A stretch of DNA of 64,000 nt from Eledone cirrhosa. Lineage: Eukaryota. Made by a program: the position numbers and the translations under genes. This document shows positions 1 through 12,537 of the stretch, piece by piece; within the stretch, counting starts at the first letter, position 1, and the number at the start of each line of letters is the position of its first letter. The DNA lies in the NCBI GenBank assembly GCA_964016885.1, contig OZ024745.1:121458001-121522000 (forward strand), in the 5' to 3' direction. The notes under the pieces are model-generated. The model saw nothing but the letters and a program-made list of their open reading frames with translations. It searched no databases and had not been told where the DNA came from.

Positions 1-94
1 ATCAGTGGCAAATACATTCTCGGAATACAGTTTATCACCAATTATTGCTTCACTGGTCTATCTCTCTTTCTTCTTACTGGCATTGCTCCATCAG
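1..94 (+). CDS. SLC6-like exon (TM8), 5' end outside the window
   Basis: Frame from nt 2 reads [31 protein letters not shown]; donor cag|gtaggt. Confidence 0.8.
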
Positions 95-343
95 GTAGGT
101 GTATTTCAACAATCACATCAAAGGAGAAAACACATTTAGATAAAAGTGTATTCAATTACTTAGTATTTTAATTAGGCCCAGTGATGTATGAGAAAAACAT
201 ATTGCTTTATATATCATCATCATCATTTAACGTCCGATTTCTTTGCTTGTAAAGGTTAGATGGGTTTGATCATCTCAGGCAGAGTCAGTACTTTGGCAGA
301 ACTACTCATATCTCTCTCTCCCTCTCTCTCTCTCTCCCTCTCC

Positions 344-381
<38 letters not shown>

Positions 382-3300
382 CTTCATATCTCCAAAATTA
401 TGTCAAATAGTATATGTAACAGCTTGAACGAAAGTGAAAGCTCTCACTTTTCGTAAAGATGGCTGTATTTGTTTATTTATATATGTGTGTGTATGTGACT
501 TAGAAACTGTGTTAAAATTCTATGTATCAGCCATTACGGTTCCCACTTCCCACCCCACCACATTCGGTATACATGCCCGACGCTGTATGCTAACCACTCC
601 CTCGTGAATATATCATAGAACAGACAAGGGGCGGACGGAGGCTCTGTAAACCGCAATGTAGGGCAACTCGTCTAGGAGAGCTACCACTCCGAATAAATTG
701 GTGCGGGGTAGAGAGGTCTCCTAAGTCCAATAAGACAAATTCCCTAGTGCTGGTGGCATGAATAAAAACACCCAGTCTATGCTGTAAAATGGAGGGGTGG
801 ATAGGGCCCCTGAATCCAGTAAGACGACCTCTCTAGTGCTGGTGGCACGAATAAAAGCACCCAGTCCATGCTGTAAAATGGAGGGGTGGATAGGGCCCCT
901 GAGTCTAGTAAGACAACGTCTCTAGTGCTGGTGGCACAAATAAAAGCACCCAGTCCATGCTGTAAAGTGGTGCTGGTGTTAGGAAGGGCATCCAACCAGT
1001 ATAATAAATGCCAAAATTATGAACACAACAAATAAGAATTGCAACAACTGCATCAACAGCAATAACACTAATCATGTTAGGGCTGCACACGGTAGTGGGG
1101 TGGCTGGTGAGGCCATGTGCGAGAACCCCCCGACCGTCATCAAGGAATTGCACAAAAACAACTGCGTAAATAGCAATAACACTAACCATGTTAGGGCTGC
1201 GCACGATAGTAGGGTGGCTAGTGAGGCAATGTGTGAGAACCCCAAGATCGTCATCAGGCAATCACATAACAGGAAAAAGAACAAGACATTGTATCTCAGA
1301 GTTGCCACACTTAATGTTGGCACTCTAACAGGTAGATCTGGTGAGATAGCAGAGATGCTGGAGAGAAAGCATGTGGATGTGTGCTGTGTGCAAGAGGTGA
1401 GATGGAGAGGTGCCTCTGCAAGACTAATTGCAGGCAAACATCGTAGTTATAAGCTTTTCTGGGTGGGTAAGGATGATGGTTTAGGTGGGGTGGGCATATT
1501 ACTGGCTGAAAGATGGATCAATAAGACAATTCCAGATACAAGTAGGTGTACATCAGGGTTCGGTCTTCAGCCCAGTCTTGTTCATTATAGTCCTCCAAGC
1601 CATAACAGAGGAGTTTAAGACTGGCTGCCCATGGGAACTTCTCTATGCTGATGATCTCGTTCTTATAGCAGAATCAGTAGAGGAGCTAGAGAATAAATTC
1701 TGGCTATGGAAACAGTAGTTGGAATCAAGAGGCCTGAGAGTGAACATAACTAAAACAAAAGTGTTTTACAACAGAAGTTCCTACCCCAAAATAAGCCATT
1801 TTATTTAGCCTGTGTTGGTCTAGAAAAGGCCTTTGACAGAGTACCTCAATCTATCATCTGGCAGTCCTTAAGGAAATTAGGTGTAGAAGAATGGCTTGTG
1901 GGAGCAGTGCAAGCAATGTAGAGAGGAGCTGTCAGTAAAGTGAGAGTATGAAGTGTTTTGTGAGGAATTTAGGGTACAGGTAGGACTTCATCAAGGTTTG
2001 GTTCTTAGCCCACTGTTCATCATAGTGCTCCTGGCCATAACAGAGGAGTTTAAAACTGGTTGTCCATGAGAACTTCTTTATGCAAATGATCTGGTCCTTA
2101 TAACTGAAACCATAAAAGAACAAGTTCCGACTATGGAAACAGAATTTGAAATCAAACAGTCTGAGAGTAAACTAGAGTGCTAGTAAGTAGAAAGGATAGG
2201 ACCCTGATTCCTTCAAGGAAGTGGCCCTGCTCAATATGTAAAAAAGGAGTAGGCATGGACTCCATACTATGTACATAATGTAAATTTTGGGTAGACAAGA
2301 GATGTAGTGGTAGACTAACAGGAAAAGCTGACAGGAAAGGAAACTGGGTTTAAGAGCAATCTGTGGTGGTGTGCAAGAGAGAAGACTGCATTGGTACAGA
2401 CATGTGATGCACATGGATGATGAACGCTGGGTCAGGAAATCCCAGTGGAAGGAAGCCATGGTAGGGGTAGACGAAGGAAGACCTGGGCAGATGTGAAGAG
2501 AACTGATCTCAAGATGCTGAGACTCACAGAGATGAGGGAGGAACACATAGCATGTGGAGAGATGGTGTGCTGAAAAGACATTAAAAATTATGATGATAAT
2601 GATGATGATTAGTAAAGGCATGCTGCTGGGCCAAGGTGTTGATTCTATAAGTTTCTGGAAGGTACTGTATTTCCTGGCGCCTAAGACGCTTCGTCCTCGA
2701 GGATGCACCCAAAATTTGACAACCAAAAATTTGAGAAAAAAATAATAAACAACCTTCGTCCTCCAGGAAAAAAGTAGCGCCTTTGGCGCCGGGAAATACA
2801 GTAAATAAAAAGTCAGTCCAACCACATTTGTGGATTTCCTATTGATCACCAAACCAAGGGACGTAACTCTAGCGATACTACTAAACCACCCCAGTTTTTA
2901 CTATTGAAATAATGCAACATCGTATCTGATTGATAACAAAACTCTAGTCATGTTATGTTATGTTTTTGTCCCATTATATTTTTAGATTATCCATTTAGAA
3001 GTGGTACTGGACAGCTTTCTACTCTCATTACCCACATCTCTCCACCGTTTCCTTAACAGACGAGAGTACACAATTGCCATTGTATGCTTTTTCTCACTGT
3101 TGGTCAGTTTAGCATGTGTGTGTCAAGTAAGTATTTCTCTATTATGTCTCTTGCTGTCATTGTTAAACACCCAATCAATTTTTAAGATTACCGTGGTCTA
3201 CTGGATTGGCAGTATTGGTAGAGCGTCAGACACCATGCTTTGCAGCATAGAGTTATGTCGCTTTACGGTTTGAGTTCAAATCCCGCTGGAGTTAATTTTG

Positions 3301-5541
3301 CCTTTCATCCTTACGTGGTTGATAAATTTGAGTACCAGTAATGCACTGGATAATTGCTGGCCTTGTGCCAAAAGTAGAAGCAATTATCATTCTAGCCCTT
3401 TCATTACCATATTTCTATGGAAATACACTGCCTATGATTTTCATTATTATGTAGGTATTTGTAACATAACAACGGTTCCTACATAAAATTATGAGGTGGC
3501 CTCTGTGTGGTCATTTAACCTGCTAAAAATAATAGCCAAACCTTACTCAAATAACACAACCCATTAACATCTTCAAAAAGGGCTGGATACTGCTATATAT
3601 TATAACTTTATTGTATATATTTTTTCAAATGTGTCACATCCAAATTAAACACCTTAGCGTCTGTCTTGGTTGGACAATCGTTATGCATTATTACTCTAGG
3701 GTTAATCATTATTACTCTAGGGTCAATCATTATTACTCTAGGGTCTATCATTATTACTGTAGGGTCTATCTGGACATCAAATCAGAAGACTACAACTGAT
3801 TAAAAAAACTATCATTATTATTATTGTGGATTGGCAGTATCAGTAGAGGGTCGGACGCCATGCTTTGACGCATAGAGTTACGGCCCTTCCCATTCTGAGT
3901 TCAAAGCCCGCCAAGGTTAACTTTGCCTTTCATCCTTATGGGGTCGATAAAATAAAGTACCAGCAATACACTGGGTAATTGCTGGCCTTGTGCCAAAAGT
4001 AGAAACAATTATTATTATTATGAAATAGGGCGGTGGATTAGCAGTATCAGTAGAGGGTCGGACGTCATGCTTTGCAGCATAGAGTTACGGCCCTTTGCGG
4101 TCTGAGTTCAAATTCCGCCAAGGTTAACTTTGCCTTTCATCCTTACGAGGTCGATAAAATAAAGTACCAGCAATGCACTGGGATAATTGCTGGCCTTGTG
4201 CCAAAAGTAGAAACAATTATTATTATTATGAAATCATCCTGCATGCAATCATCTAGTGTCCGAGCATTGCTGACTTTGTTGGTTTATGACAAATACCTGA
4301 TGTTACATGTAGGACAAATCCAGTTATCAACCGAGTCCATCATGAAGATTGTCCTGCCACCTTCTTTTAGTCAAGAAGGGCAGGCTGTTTTTATGTCTTG
4401 TGGCCATAGCAAAAGAGGTTGTATGGTGGACATGCTTGAAAAGCTTGAAGACGAACACTTCCCTCTTTGGCGAAGCTCTGATTAACTTCTTCAGGTTTCC
4501 CTTGAAAGTGGAAAGACAAGAGCTGCCTTCAAAGTAATTTGTTGAAAGGTGAGTAAGAGAAGCAAGCATGGCCCGAGTGAATGGGCTCACTCTGAGTATG
4601 AGCCTGTACATTGGAGGAATACAACTGGGACAGGGCACTTAGAAATCAGGGCATCCATGGTTTTATGGGGATTTTTCCACGAGTGACCCTCAAACATCTC
4701 CCTATTGAGGAACCTTCTTTGTTTTAATTCTATTATCTTCCTTTTTTTTAACATTGTTAAAATTTGTTTACATGCAAAACCCACACCCCAACACACACAC
4801 ATACACACACTATGTTTTCATCCTGTACTGTTTTAATGTTTTTCTTGGTGTAAACCCTTTGTGATTAATCAAGAAATCATTATTATTATTGTTGTTATTA
4901 TCTACTTCCAGGGAGGATTCCATCTGTACACTCTTGTCAATAACTACCTCGATAGATACTTATGTGTCCTCATTCTGATTACAACAGTTCCATTTATCAT
5001 TGCCTATAGTAAGTATCATACAGTCTCTTACATTTATACTCAACTTTCTAGAGCAGAGTTTCTCAAAGTGGGCACACCCCCTTGGGGAGGGAGGCATTGA
5101 GAAGGTCTAGGAGAGTGGTGGGGCCTATGGGGGTGGTAGGGGGTTGGGCGGTAGAAAGGATAATAGTTATTAAATATCAAATTATATATAAATATAGTAA
5201 AATAAATAATGTAAAACAAATGCTCTGAGATGAGGGACGGTGAGGCAAGGCAAAGGTGGTTATCACTATGTTGAGTCATGGTTAGTGTGCGGCCCTCGGC
5301 CGGATGTTTGTGCAGAGAAGGTGTTCAACCTGGTGTGTCTACAATTTATAATTATGTCTGATCTAGAGTTTATGGCAGATTTTAATTTTATATATATATA
5401 TATATATTTTAATTTAATATATATATATATATATTTTAATTTAATATATATATATATATATTTTAATTTTATATATATATATATATATTTTAATTTAATA
5501 TATATATATATATATTTTAATTTAATATATATATATATAGA

Positions 5542-5613
<72 letters not shown>

Positions 5614-7428
5614 AGTGTGACGTGCTGTTACTGTAGATTCACGTAGATTCACGTCTGTAAAGAGGTGTAGAACTAAAGAGAGTGTAAATATAATACTAAA
5701 AGGATGAATTGTTTTGCCTTCCTTACGTTTATTGAGTAGTGACGCACGTTTTTGCTATTGACTAGCTCAAAGTTTCGCTATTGATCAGTTCAAAGTTTGA
5801 TCTGTATCGATCTGGCCCGACTCAGGAATCAAAAATTTATCGGACCACGGCAGAGGTGTGACGAGCTTTTGATTCCTGATCGATACAGATCAAACCATGA
5901 ACTGATCAATAGCGAAACACGCGTCACTACTCAATAAACATAATGAAGACATAACAATTCATCCTTTTACTATTATATATATATATATTTATAGTAAGGG
6001 GTTAACTTTACTATATATATATCATCATCATCATTTTACGTCCGCTTTTCCCTGCTTGCAAGGGTTGGACGGGTCCTATTCAGCACAGCATCTCTCCACT
6101 TGTCACGGTCCTTCATCATCTCCTCGGTGAGCTTCAGCGATCTGAGGTCTGCTCTCACCACCTCCGCCCATGTTTTACGTGGTATACCTCTACTGCGTCT
6201 TCCTTCTACTGGGATTTCTTGGCACTTCTTTACCCAGCGGTTATCCTCCATGAGCATCACATGTCCATACTATCTCAGCCTTCTCTCCTGCACACCACAA
6301 CTTATCCCTCTTATACCAAGTTTCTTTCTCAACTCGTCCATGCTTGGTCATTCACACACATTTACATTGCACATCCAACGGAGCATACTTGTTTCATTTC
6401 TCTCCAGCCGTCGCATATCTTCTGCAGTTGCTGCCCATGTCTCACTACCATGCAAGCATCATATAACTGTCCTTTCGTACGCAGGGAGAAACCCTTCTTT
6501 GTCAACAAAGGAAGCAGCTCCCTAAACTTCTTCCAACCCATCCCTATTCTAGATACTATGGCCTCGGAACACGCCCCCTCCCATGCTAATCTGATCACCT
6601 AGGAACCGGAAGCTATCAACCACTTCTATAGAACCTACCTGCATTGGAAAAATGAGTATCACTGCGATTACTACTGCCAACTTTCCCTGTACATCTACTG
6701 CGTACGTAGTTTTCCCTACCTGTTAGTTTGCCTGCTATCCCACTATATCTCTTGTGTACCCAAGATCTGCATTGCATCCATTTTTGGAATTTATGCCAGT
6801 TCCTTTCCTACATATTGAACAAGGCCATTTCCCCGATGGAATCAGAGTATTGTCTTCTCTTCTACTCATCAACACTTTTGTCTTAGCTATGTTCACTCTC
6901 AGTCCTCTTGATTCCAACTGCTGTTTCCATAGCCAGAATTTATTCTCTAGCTCCTCTACTGATTCTGCTATAGTAAGGGGTTAACCTTACTATATATATA
7001 GTAAGGGGTTAACCGAACAAGGATGTGCGGACCACATAACGGTCTGTCGGAAGTGAAGTAGATAAAAGAATGCATTCAACGACCTGTATAAAGGTGCAAG
7101 CCGGAGCATTATATATCAATAAAAATTCGAGGCAATATTCATTTGGTTTTGGTTTATTAAAATCCATAATGTACTTCCACCAGTCTCCTTAGAGTCACAC
7201 AAGGGGCCGACCATTGTGGAAATAACATCACACGCCTGGTCGGCCCCTGTATCAAGACAAGACAAAAGTAAACCAATTCTGAATATAAAAGTTTTTTTAT
7301 AATATTTCATTGTATTTTAGGTTTACCATTTGAGAAGCTCCGGATGCCATAACTGACAAGACTCAGGGAAATATACATTACAGATTTTAATAAACCAAAA
7401 CCAAATGAATATGGCCTCGAATTTTTAT

Positions 7429-7485
<57 letters not shown>

Positions 7486-10400
7486 TAATTAGAAAGTGAA
7501 CAACACAGTATATAACTACTCCATTACCAAAGGTTTCAGGACACTAGACAATATTAACATATGTCTAGTTCGCTCATCAGATAGAGGGGTTATGAATAGC
7601 TCTGTTTTATATATAGAGCACTCTTTTTACCTTTGCTTTTTCTTCGGAAATACTTAACATATATATATATATCATCATCATCATCATCATCATTTTACAT
7701 CCGCTTTTCCCTGCTTGCAAGGGTTGGATGGGTCCTATTCAGCACAGCATCTCTCCACTTGTCACGGTCCTCCGTCATCTCCTCGGTGAGTCTCAGCGAT
7801 CTGAGGTCTGCTCTCACCACCTCCGCCCATGTCTTTCGTGGTCTACCTCTACTGCGTCTTCCTTCTACTGGGATTTCTTGGCACTTCTTTACCCAGCGGT
7901 CATCCTCCATGCGCATCACATGTCCATACCATCTCAGCCTTCTCTCCTGCACACCACAACTTATATATATACAGCATTTAAAATGTCATATTGATCTTTA
8001 ATACTCTGTGTTTGTTTCTAATTAAACTGAAAAATGTCTACAAGATCAGCTAATTATTAATATTATTATTATTATTGTTATTGTTATTAGTATTATAAGG
8101 CCGGTGGTTTGGCAGTAACGGTAGAGCATCAGACCCCATGCTTTGCAGCATAGGAGTTATGGCCCTTTACGTTCTGAGTCCCGCCAGGTTAACTTTGCCT
8201 TTCATCCTTACGGGGTCGATAAAATAAAGTACCAGTGATGCACTGGGGTAATTGCTGGTGTTGTACCAAAAATAGAAACATTATTATTATTATTATTATT
8301 ATTATAGGAATATTTATGCACTGATGGTATATTACTAACATTATTATATTTTAACTTATCTTTTCACAGTTAAACAAGAATCTCTCCATTTCCCAATTGA
8401 AAGGGCCTGCATGACTATGTGGTTTGGAATAGCACCTCTCAGTGCTGCCGTAAGTTCTCTTTCATCATTGCCATTTAATTATCTTCATCCTCATCACCAC
8501 CTTTCCCGTTTAACATCTATTTTCCATCCTTCCATAGGTTAGATGGGCTATCACATCATGAGGTTAGGCAGGTCGGATGACCACGTCTTGCTCAAACACT
8601 ACATTTTTGGCTTGGTTTTCCATGGCTAGATGCCCATCCTAATGCCAACCCCCTTACAAAATGGACTGGGTGTTTTTGTCGTAGAACTAGTGTGACCACT
8701 TTACAGAATGAATTAGGTGCTTTTTTCATAGCACCAGAACTACCACTTTACAGGATGGACTGGGTGCTTTTACTTTTTTTGTGACACCAGCACTACCACT
8801 TTACAAGGTAGAGTGGATGCTTTTATTTATAACACCAATACAACAACCTTACAGGGTTTATACAAGTTTATACAATATATATCCTGCTTCAGTTAGCTAT
8901 GTTGAAGCAAATATAACTCTTAGCAGAAATATGTATCTACATAAGAATTCATTATATTTTCTAAGATACAATAACATATATTAGATAAGAAAAGGCAAGC
9001 TCCCAGAAAACTGACTTTATAAACCAGCTTCAATTACAAGTTGGAGTTAATTTAACTCCCTTTATACTCTTAATGTCTATAAGAATGGCATTAACATCAC
9101 ATACTCCCATTTAGCACAACCATATATATGTAGATTTGTAGTTAAATAAGGTGAAGGTGCATGGCTTAGTGGTTAGGATGTTCGGCTTATGATTGTAAAG
9201 TTGTGAGTTTGATTCTTGCTGATGCATTGTGTGCTTGAGCAAGACACTTTATTTCACTTTGCTCTAGTCCACTCAGCTGACAATAGAGAGTTGTACCTGT
9301 AATTCAAAGGACCAACCTTGTCACACATTTTGTCATGCTGAATCTCCCTGAGAACTACGTTAAGGGTACATATACCTGTGAAATGTTCAGCCACATGCAT
9401 GTTAATTTCATGAACAGTCTGCTTCATTGTTCAAACAACTGCAACATTTATCGTTGAAACCAATGGAAGTCCTACATGGCTGAGAGTCAGTACAAGTTAG
9501 GAAATTGATAATATGATGGTGCTGGCCTCAGATCTGTGAGCAAGACGGTGACCCAAGCTAGAACTGACTTAGGTATACAGGTTATTAGGGCATCTATTCC
9601 AAACCATAGGAATTAACCCTCATCTGCCCTTAAGGGGTATGTCCAACACATCATCATTTCATTTTACGTCCGCTTTTTCCCTGCTTGCAAGGGTGGGACG
9701 GGAACTGATTCTGGCTTGATTTCTACAGCTGGATGCCCTTCCTAACACCAACCTCATTTACAGTGAGTGCTGGGTGCTTTTTTGCCGTGGCGCCTCCACG
9801 TGGAATGACAGGGACCCCAGTCCCTATCATCTCATTTCTACAGCTGAGTAAACTGGAGCAATGTGAAATAAAGTGTCTTACTCAAGGAAACAACACATCA
9901 CCCGGTCTGAGAATTGAACTCACAACCTTTCGATTGCAAGGCCAATGCTCTAACCACTAAGCCATGTGCCTCCAACACAATTTCATAAAAGACCATTTAC
10001 CTTTCCATGAAGCATACCAAACTCTTCTACTGAAGGTGCTATGGTGCCTCCATGTTTCCCTCCAACAGGTAAGATGTGTGGTTACACTGGGGATAAAGTA
10101 GGTACATGTAACCTCTTGGTGGTATTGGAGTGTCAATGAGTGACCTTCATCTGCCGGGTTAATTATTTACCAATATCTGGGACCGTAACAGATGCTACCA
10201 TCCTTGGTTAGGGTGGACCTGGGAACAACAGCTAAATTAGATGTGAATATTTTGTAAGAGAGATTTATATTTTGTTTCATTCCAGTGTCTGCTGACTTAC
10301 TTCATGATAAGGTATGTGTATGTCACACATGTGGTCAGCTATGATGAACGCTGGGCTAATGGTGTGGGCTGGGCTATTGCTGCTGGACCAATTGTACTTG

Positions 10401-12223
10401 GTATAGGACTTGGCACATTTTTTGTTCTCCACAAGCAGAAAGGAACATTAAAAGAAGTAAGTAATTCAGAGTTTATCTTACAATATTACTCATGACTGAA
10501 TTAAATTGTTTATTCATTCTTTTTCTCCTGCTGCAGAACCTGTATATACCATAAAGATAAAATAGGTTACACAAAACAAATTATACATGTATGCTGTATA
10601 CCATGCTTATATACATGTTGAAAAACCCACCTTTTGTACACATATTAATTTTTTTGTTTGCTGAAAAATATGCAAATGTATGCACATGACAGAGCTCAGT
10701 GTGAATAATAGTTGATGGAAACAATGCTGATGTATTTTGAACAGGCTGTATCTGTAATTTGAAGACTTAGTTATATCACCCACAATATAATGCTGAGTTT
10801 GTTTGAAGATTATGTTAACCTCTTGATATGCTGCGTATATTTTACACAGCTACAGTTACTGAGCTGGATTTTTTTTTTCAGTAAAATTACTATTTTGATT
10901 GACAAACATCATATCAATAAACTAGTAACCCCTTCTAGCTTTGAAGTTATGAACGAGTTCATAATTTTGAAGTTATGAACTGTTGGAAAGGAGTTCAAAC
11001 ATGTTAGGATGAGTTATCTCATCTACGACACTGAAGAAGTTAAGGATACAAGTGTCTGTGGAATGGTCAGATAACTACACTATAATTCAATGAGTTGGTA
11101 GTTCTGTTGATCAAACAGCTGGAACTCTAATTGTCAAACCTGGCATCAGCTGTTTATAACTATGGTCTGTTTCATGGGTATTCTTCTGAAAGCAATGAAT
11201 CTTGTTTTAGTTTTGAACTCATGAAGATGGGAAAAAAGACAAAATAACAATGCCATGAATTATCATCATCATTGTCGTCATCATCATCATCGTTTAACGT
11301 CTATCTTCCATGCTATTGAACAGAATGCTTTGAGACAATGTTTAACAGCAGGAGCCTCTCCCTTTTAGTTGCCTCTAACAACACACAAGGATGTGTTGTA
11401 CTTATTCTAAAAAACAGTATACACATGGGAGATACACCCAACACAGGTTCACAATCTCTTATCTGAAAACCTTGGGATCAAACACTTTGGATATCGGAAT
11501 GGAAAATTTTTAACGTAGATTTTAAAGTTTTTTAGATAAAACATTACAGGGGACAGAGTGGCTCAGTGGTAGAGCGCTCAGCTTGTGGCCGCAAGGTCAC
11601 AAGTTTGCGCCTCAAACCCGGCAGTTACTCGGTGAGGGAGGTAGCGCTCTCTTGTCAACAAAAAATAAACAAAATATCTGTGAACAGCAGAGGCGACGTG
11701 TGTCTGACTGGTAGGAGCACTGAGACACAACTGTGTGACCTGGGTTGACTGTGGGTCATTGCAGGTCAAGTTTGGCTCCAAACGTGAGCTTTGGTGTGTA
11801 GACAACATCCTGGAAAAAATGTTCGGTTTAGGAACTCTTCGGTTTTCAGAATTTCGACTAAAAGATTGTGAACATGTATATAGTTGCTGCATGTAGACAA
11901 TTTGTTTTAAATACTTCATATCACTGAATCATATTTGATCTAATCTTATTTTCTTTAATTTGTCAATTTTTTTATGACAGAGATTCCTGCAGTCACTTCG
12001 TATAGAAACAACCATATTGGAAAGCAACCAATCTGATTTTGACTCAGTGGAAACTGGAGATACACCATTAAACAGATCACCTCCAACAGAGATGAAGAAA
12101 AGACCTCTTGATTTCGACATTGAGACCGTCGATGATATATGTGCTGATGAAGAGATTAACACAGTGAAGATTGTTGAGGTCACTCTGCAGAGCAAAGACA
12201 AATCAAAGGCTGCAGATGTATGA
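1..12223 (+). CDS. Divergent SLC6 / NSS family transporter, 3' part (TM8-TM12 and C-tail); join(<2..94,2986..3126,4912..5008,8370..8449,10286..10456,11981..12223)
   Basis: Six GT-AG exons splice in frame (phases 0,0,1,0,0): [31 protein letters not shown]|[11 protein letters not shown]...[17 protein letters not shown]|[12 protein letters not shown]...IIAY|IKQE...[11 protein letters not shown]|[10 protein letters not shown]...[21 protein letters not shown]...KQKGTLKE|RFLQSLR...AADV*. This matches SLC6 hallmarks (SP-x-W/I before TM8, Q|GG-x-Y at TM10, WAxxxGW at TM12, KGTLKER). Confidence 0.85.
575..2610 (+). mobile_element. Degenerate RTE-clade LINE (5' UTR, AP endonuclease start, deleted and duplicated RT fragments, (ATG)n tail)
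   Basis: [39 protein letters not shown] (APE); [11 protein letters not shown]...LLYADDLVL (RT); stops and frameshifts; ~87 bp and 120 bp internal tandem duplications. Confidence 0.9.
2663..2803. mobile_element. Tc1/mariner-pogo type MITE
   Basis: TA-CTGTATTTCCTGGCGCC ... GGCGCCGGGAAATACAG-TA; related copy in the opposite orientation at 39770..39941. Confidence 0.8.
2986..3126 (+). CDS. SLC6-like exon (TM9)
   Basis: tttttag|att...caa|gtaagt, 141 nt. Confidence 0.85.
3203..4228 (+). mobile_element. Three copies of a tRNA-derived Nin-domain SINE (3203-3388, 3828-4020, 4035-4228)
   Basis: A box TGGCAGTATYRGTAG, B box GAGTTCAAATCC, core TTTGCCTTTCATCCTTACGGGGTCGATAAAATAAAGTACCAG, (ATT)n tail. 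Further copies near 8105, 23700, 25310(-), 27480, 28330, 32321, 34140(-), 37200(-), 40130, 41736, 42070, 44790, 62990, 63200(-). Confidence 0.9.
4912..5008 (+). CDS. SLC6-like exon (TM10)
   Basis: ttccag|gga...tata|gtaagt, 97 nt, [32 protein letters not shown]. Confidence 0.85.
5688..5978. mobile_element. Foldback / MITE-like element in a (TA)n tract
   Basis: Inverted arms over 100 bp, e.g. TAAAAGGATGAATTGTT / AACAATTCATCCTTTTA and TTTATTGAGTAGTGACGC / GCGTCACTACTCAATAAA. Confidence 0.7.
6021..6970 (-). mobile_element. 5'-truncated RTE LINE with a ~30 bp target-site duplication
   Basis: RT C-terminal peptides ([20 protein letters not shown]-like), (CAT)n tail; TATAGTAAGGGGTTAACYTTACTATATATAT on both sides. 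Confidence 0.9.
7117..7430. mobile_element. MITE with 57 bp TIRs inserted in (TA)n
   Basis: 7117-7173 is the reverse complement of 7374-7430 with 3 mismatches; inner inverted repeat AGGGGCCGACCA / TGGTCGGCCCCT. Confidence 0.8.
7512..7593 (-). ncRNA. Type I hammerhead ribozyme candidate
   Basis: Minus strand: CUCUAU-CUGAUGA-[stem II including ACUAGACA/UGUCUAGU]-GAA-ACC UUU GGU-A^AUGGAG. Stem I is 6 bp, a 2x2 loop, then 5 bp. Confidence 0.75.
7671..7963 (-). mobile_element. RTE LINE 3' fragment
   Basis: [22 protein letters not shown]...[11 protein letters not shown]; (CAT)n tail. Confidence 0.9.
8370..8449 (+). CDS. SLC6-like exon (IL5/TM11)
   Basis: ttttcacag|tt...gcc|gtaagt, 80 nt, restores the phase. 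Confidence 0.8.
8485..8830 (-). mobile_element. Non-autonomous RTE-related SINE-like element
   Basis: (CAT)n-TTTAACRTC tail plus the GGATGCCCTTCCTAA block shared with the RTE 5' UTR near 980; relatives at 9650, 20300, 26233-26420, 48615-48850, 55602-55850. Confidence 0.7.
9152..9475 (+). mobile_element. Second tRNA-derived SINE family
   Basis: TGGCTTAGTGGTTAG A box, GAGTTYRATTC B box, TTGAGCAAGACACTTTATTTCAC core; relatives at 9835-9972(-), 28863, 36843-37130, 57305-57830. Confidence 0.8.
10286..10456 (+). CDS. SLC6-like exon (TM12)
   Basis: ttccag|tgt...gaa|gtaagt, 171 nt, contains [10 protein letters not shown] and KGTLKE. Confidence 0.88.
10815..11043. mobile_element. piggyBac-like (TTAA) MITE
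   Basis: TTAACCTCTT...GAAGAAGTTAA ends; related copy at about 31727-32000. Confidence 0.5.
11443..11878. mobile_element. Tigger/pogo-like MITE containing a tRNA(His)-like SINE head (~11549-11760)
   Basis: CAGGTTCACAATCTCTTATCTGAAA / TTTCGACTAAAAGATTGTGAACATG-TA imperfect TIRs; internal GTGGCTCAGTGGTAGAGCG...TTGTGGCCGCA. Confidence 0.6.
11981..12223 (+). CDS. SLC6-like terminal exon (acidic cytoplasmic tail)
   Basis: tttatgacag|aga, [21 protein letters not shown]...AADV then TGA. Confidence 0.8.
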   Translation, partial: RFLQSLRIETTILESNQSDFDSVETGDTPLNRSPPTEMKKRPLDFDIETVDDICADEEINTVKIVEVTLQSKDKSKAADV

Positions 12224-12323
12224 TTTGACTGCTGAAATAGCAGAAACTGAGTAGTAACAAACCACAAAGGAAGCATTGAAGGAAAGAACAATTGTGTTGA
12301 ATGATTTTAATCCATCAATATGG

Positions 12324-12332
12324 AATGTATAT

Positions 12333-12408
<76 letters not shown>

Positions 12409-12503
12409 ATATGTATATATGTATGTATGTACGTATGTATTTATATATATATATATATGTATGTATATATACGTATATGTATTTATACATATATCTATGT
12501 ATT

Positions 12504-12537
<34 letters not shown>

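Noticed and set aside
418-467. SECIS-like or ribozyme-like hairpin
   Set aside because: The stem exists, but the 3' GA of the SECIS quartet and the hammerhead core are missing, and it is intronic.
1019-1618. 199 aa ORF as a host gene
   Set aside because: It is the RTE endonuclease N-terminus fused out of frame to RT sequence by an internal deletion.
11549-11625. tRNA-His gene
   Set aside because: It has an A box and TTGTGGCCGCA, but the anticodon, T and acceptor stems do not pair; it is a SINE head.
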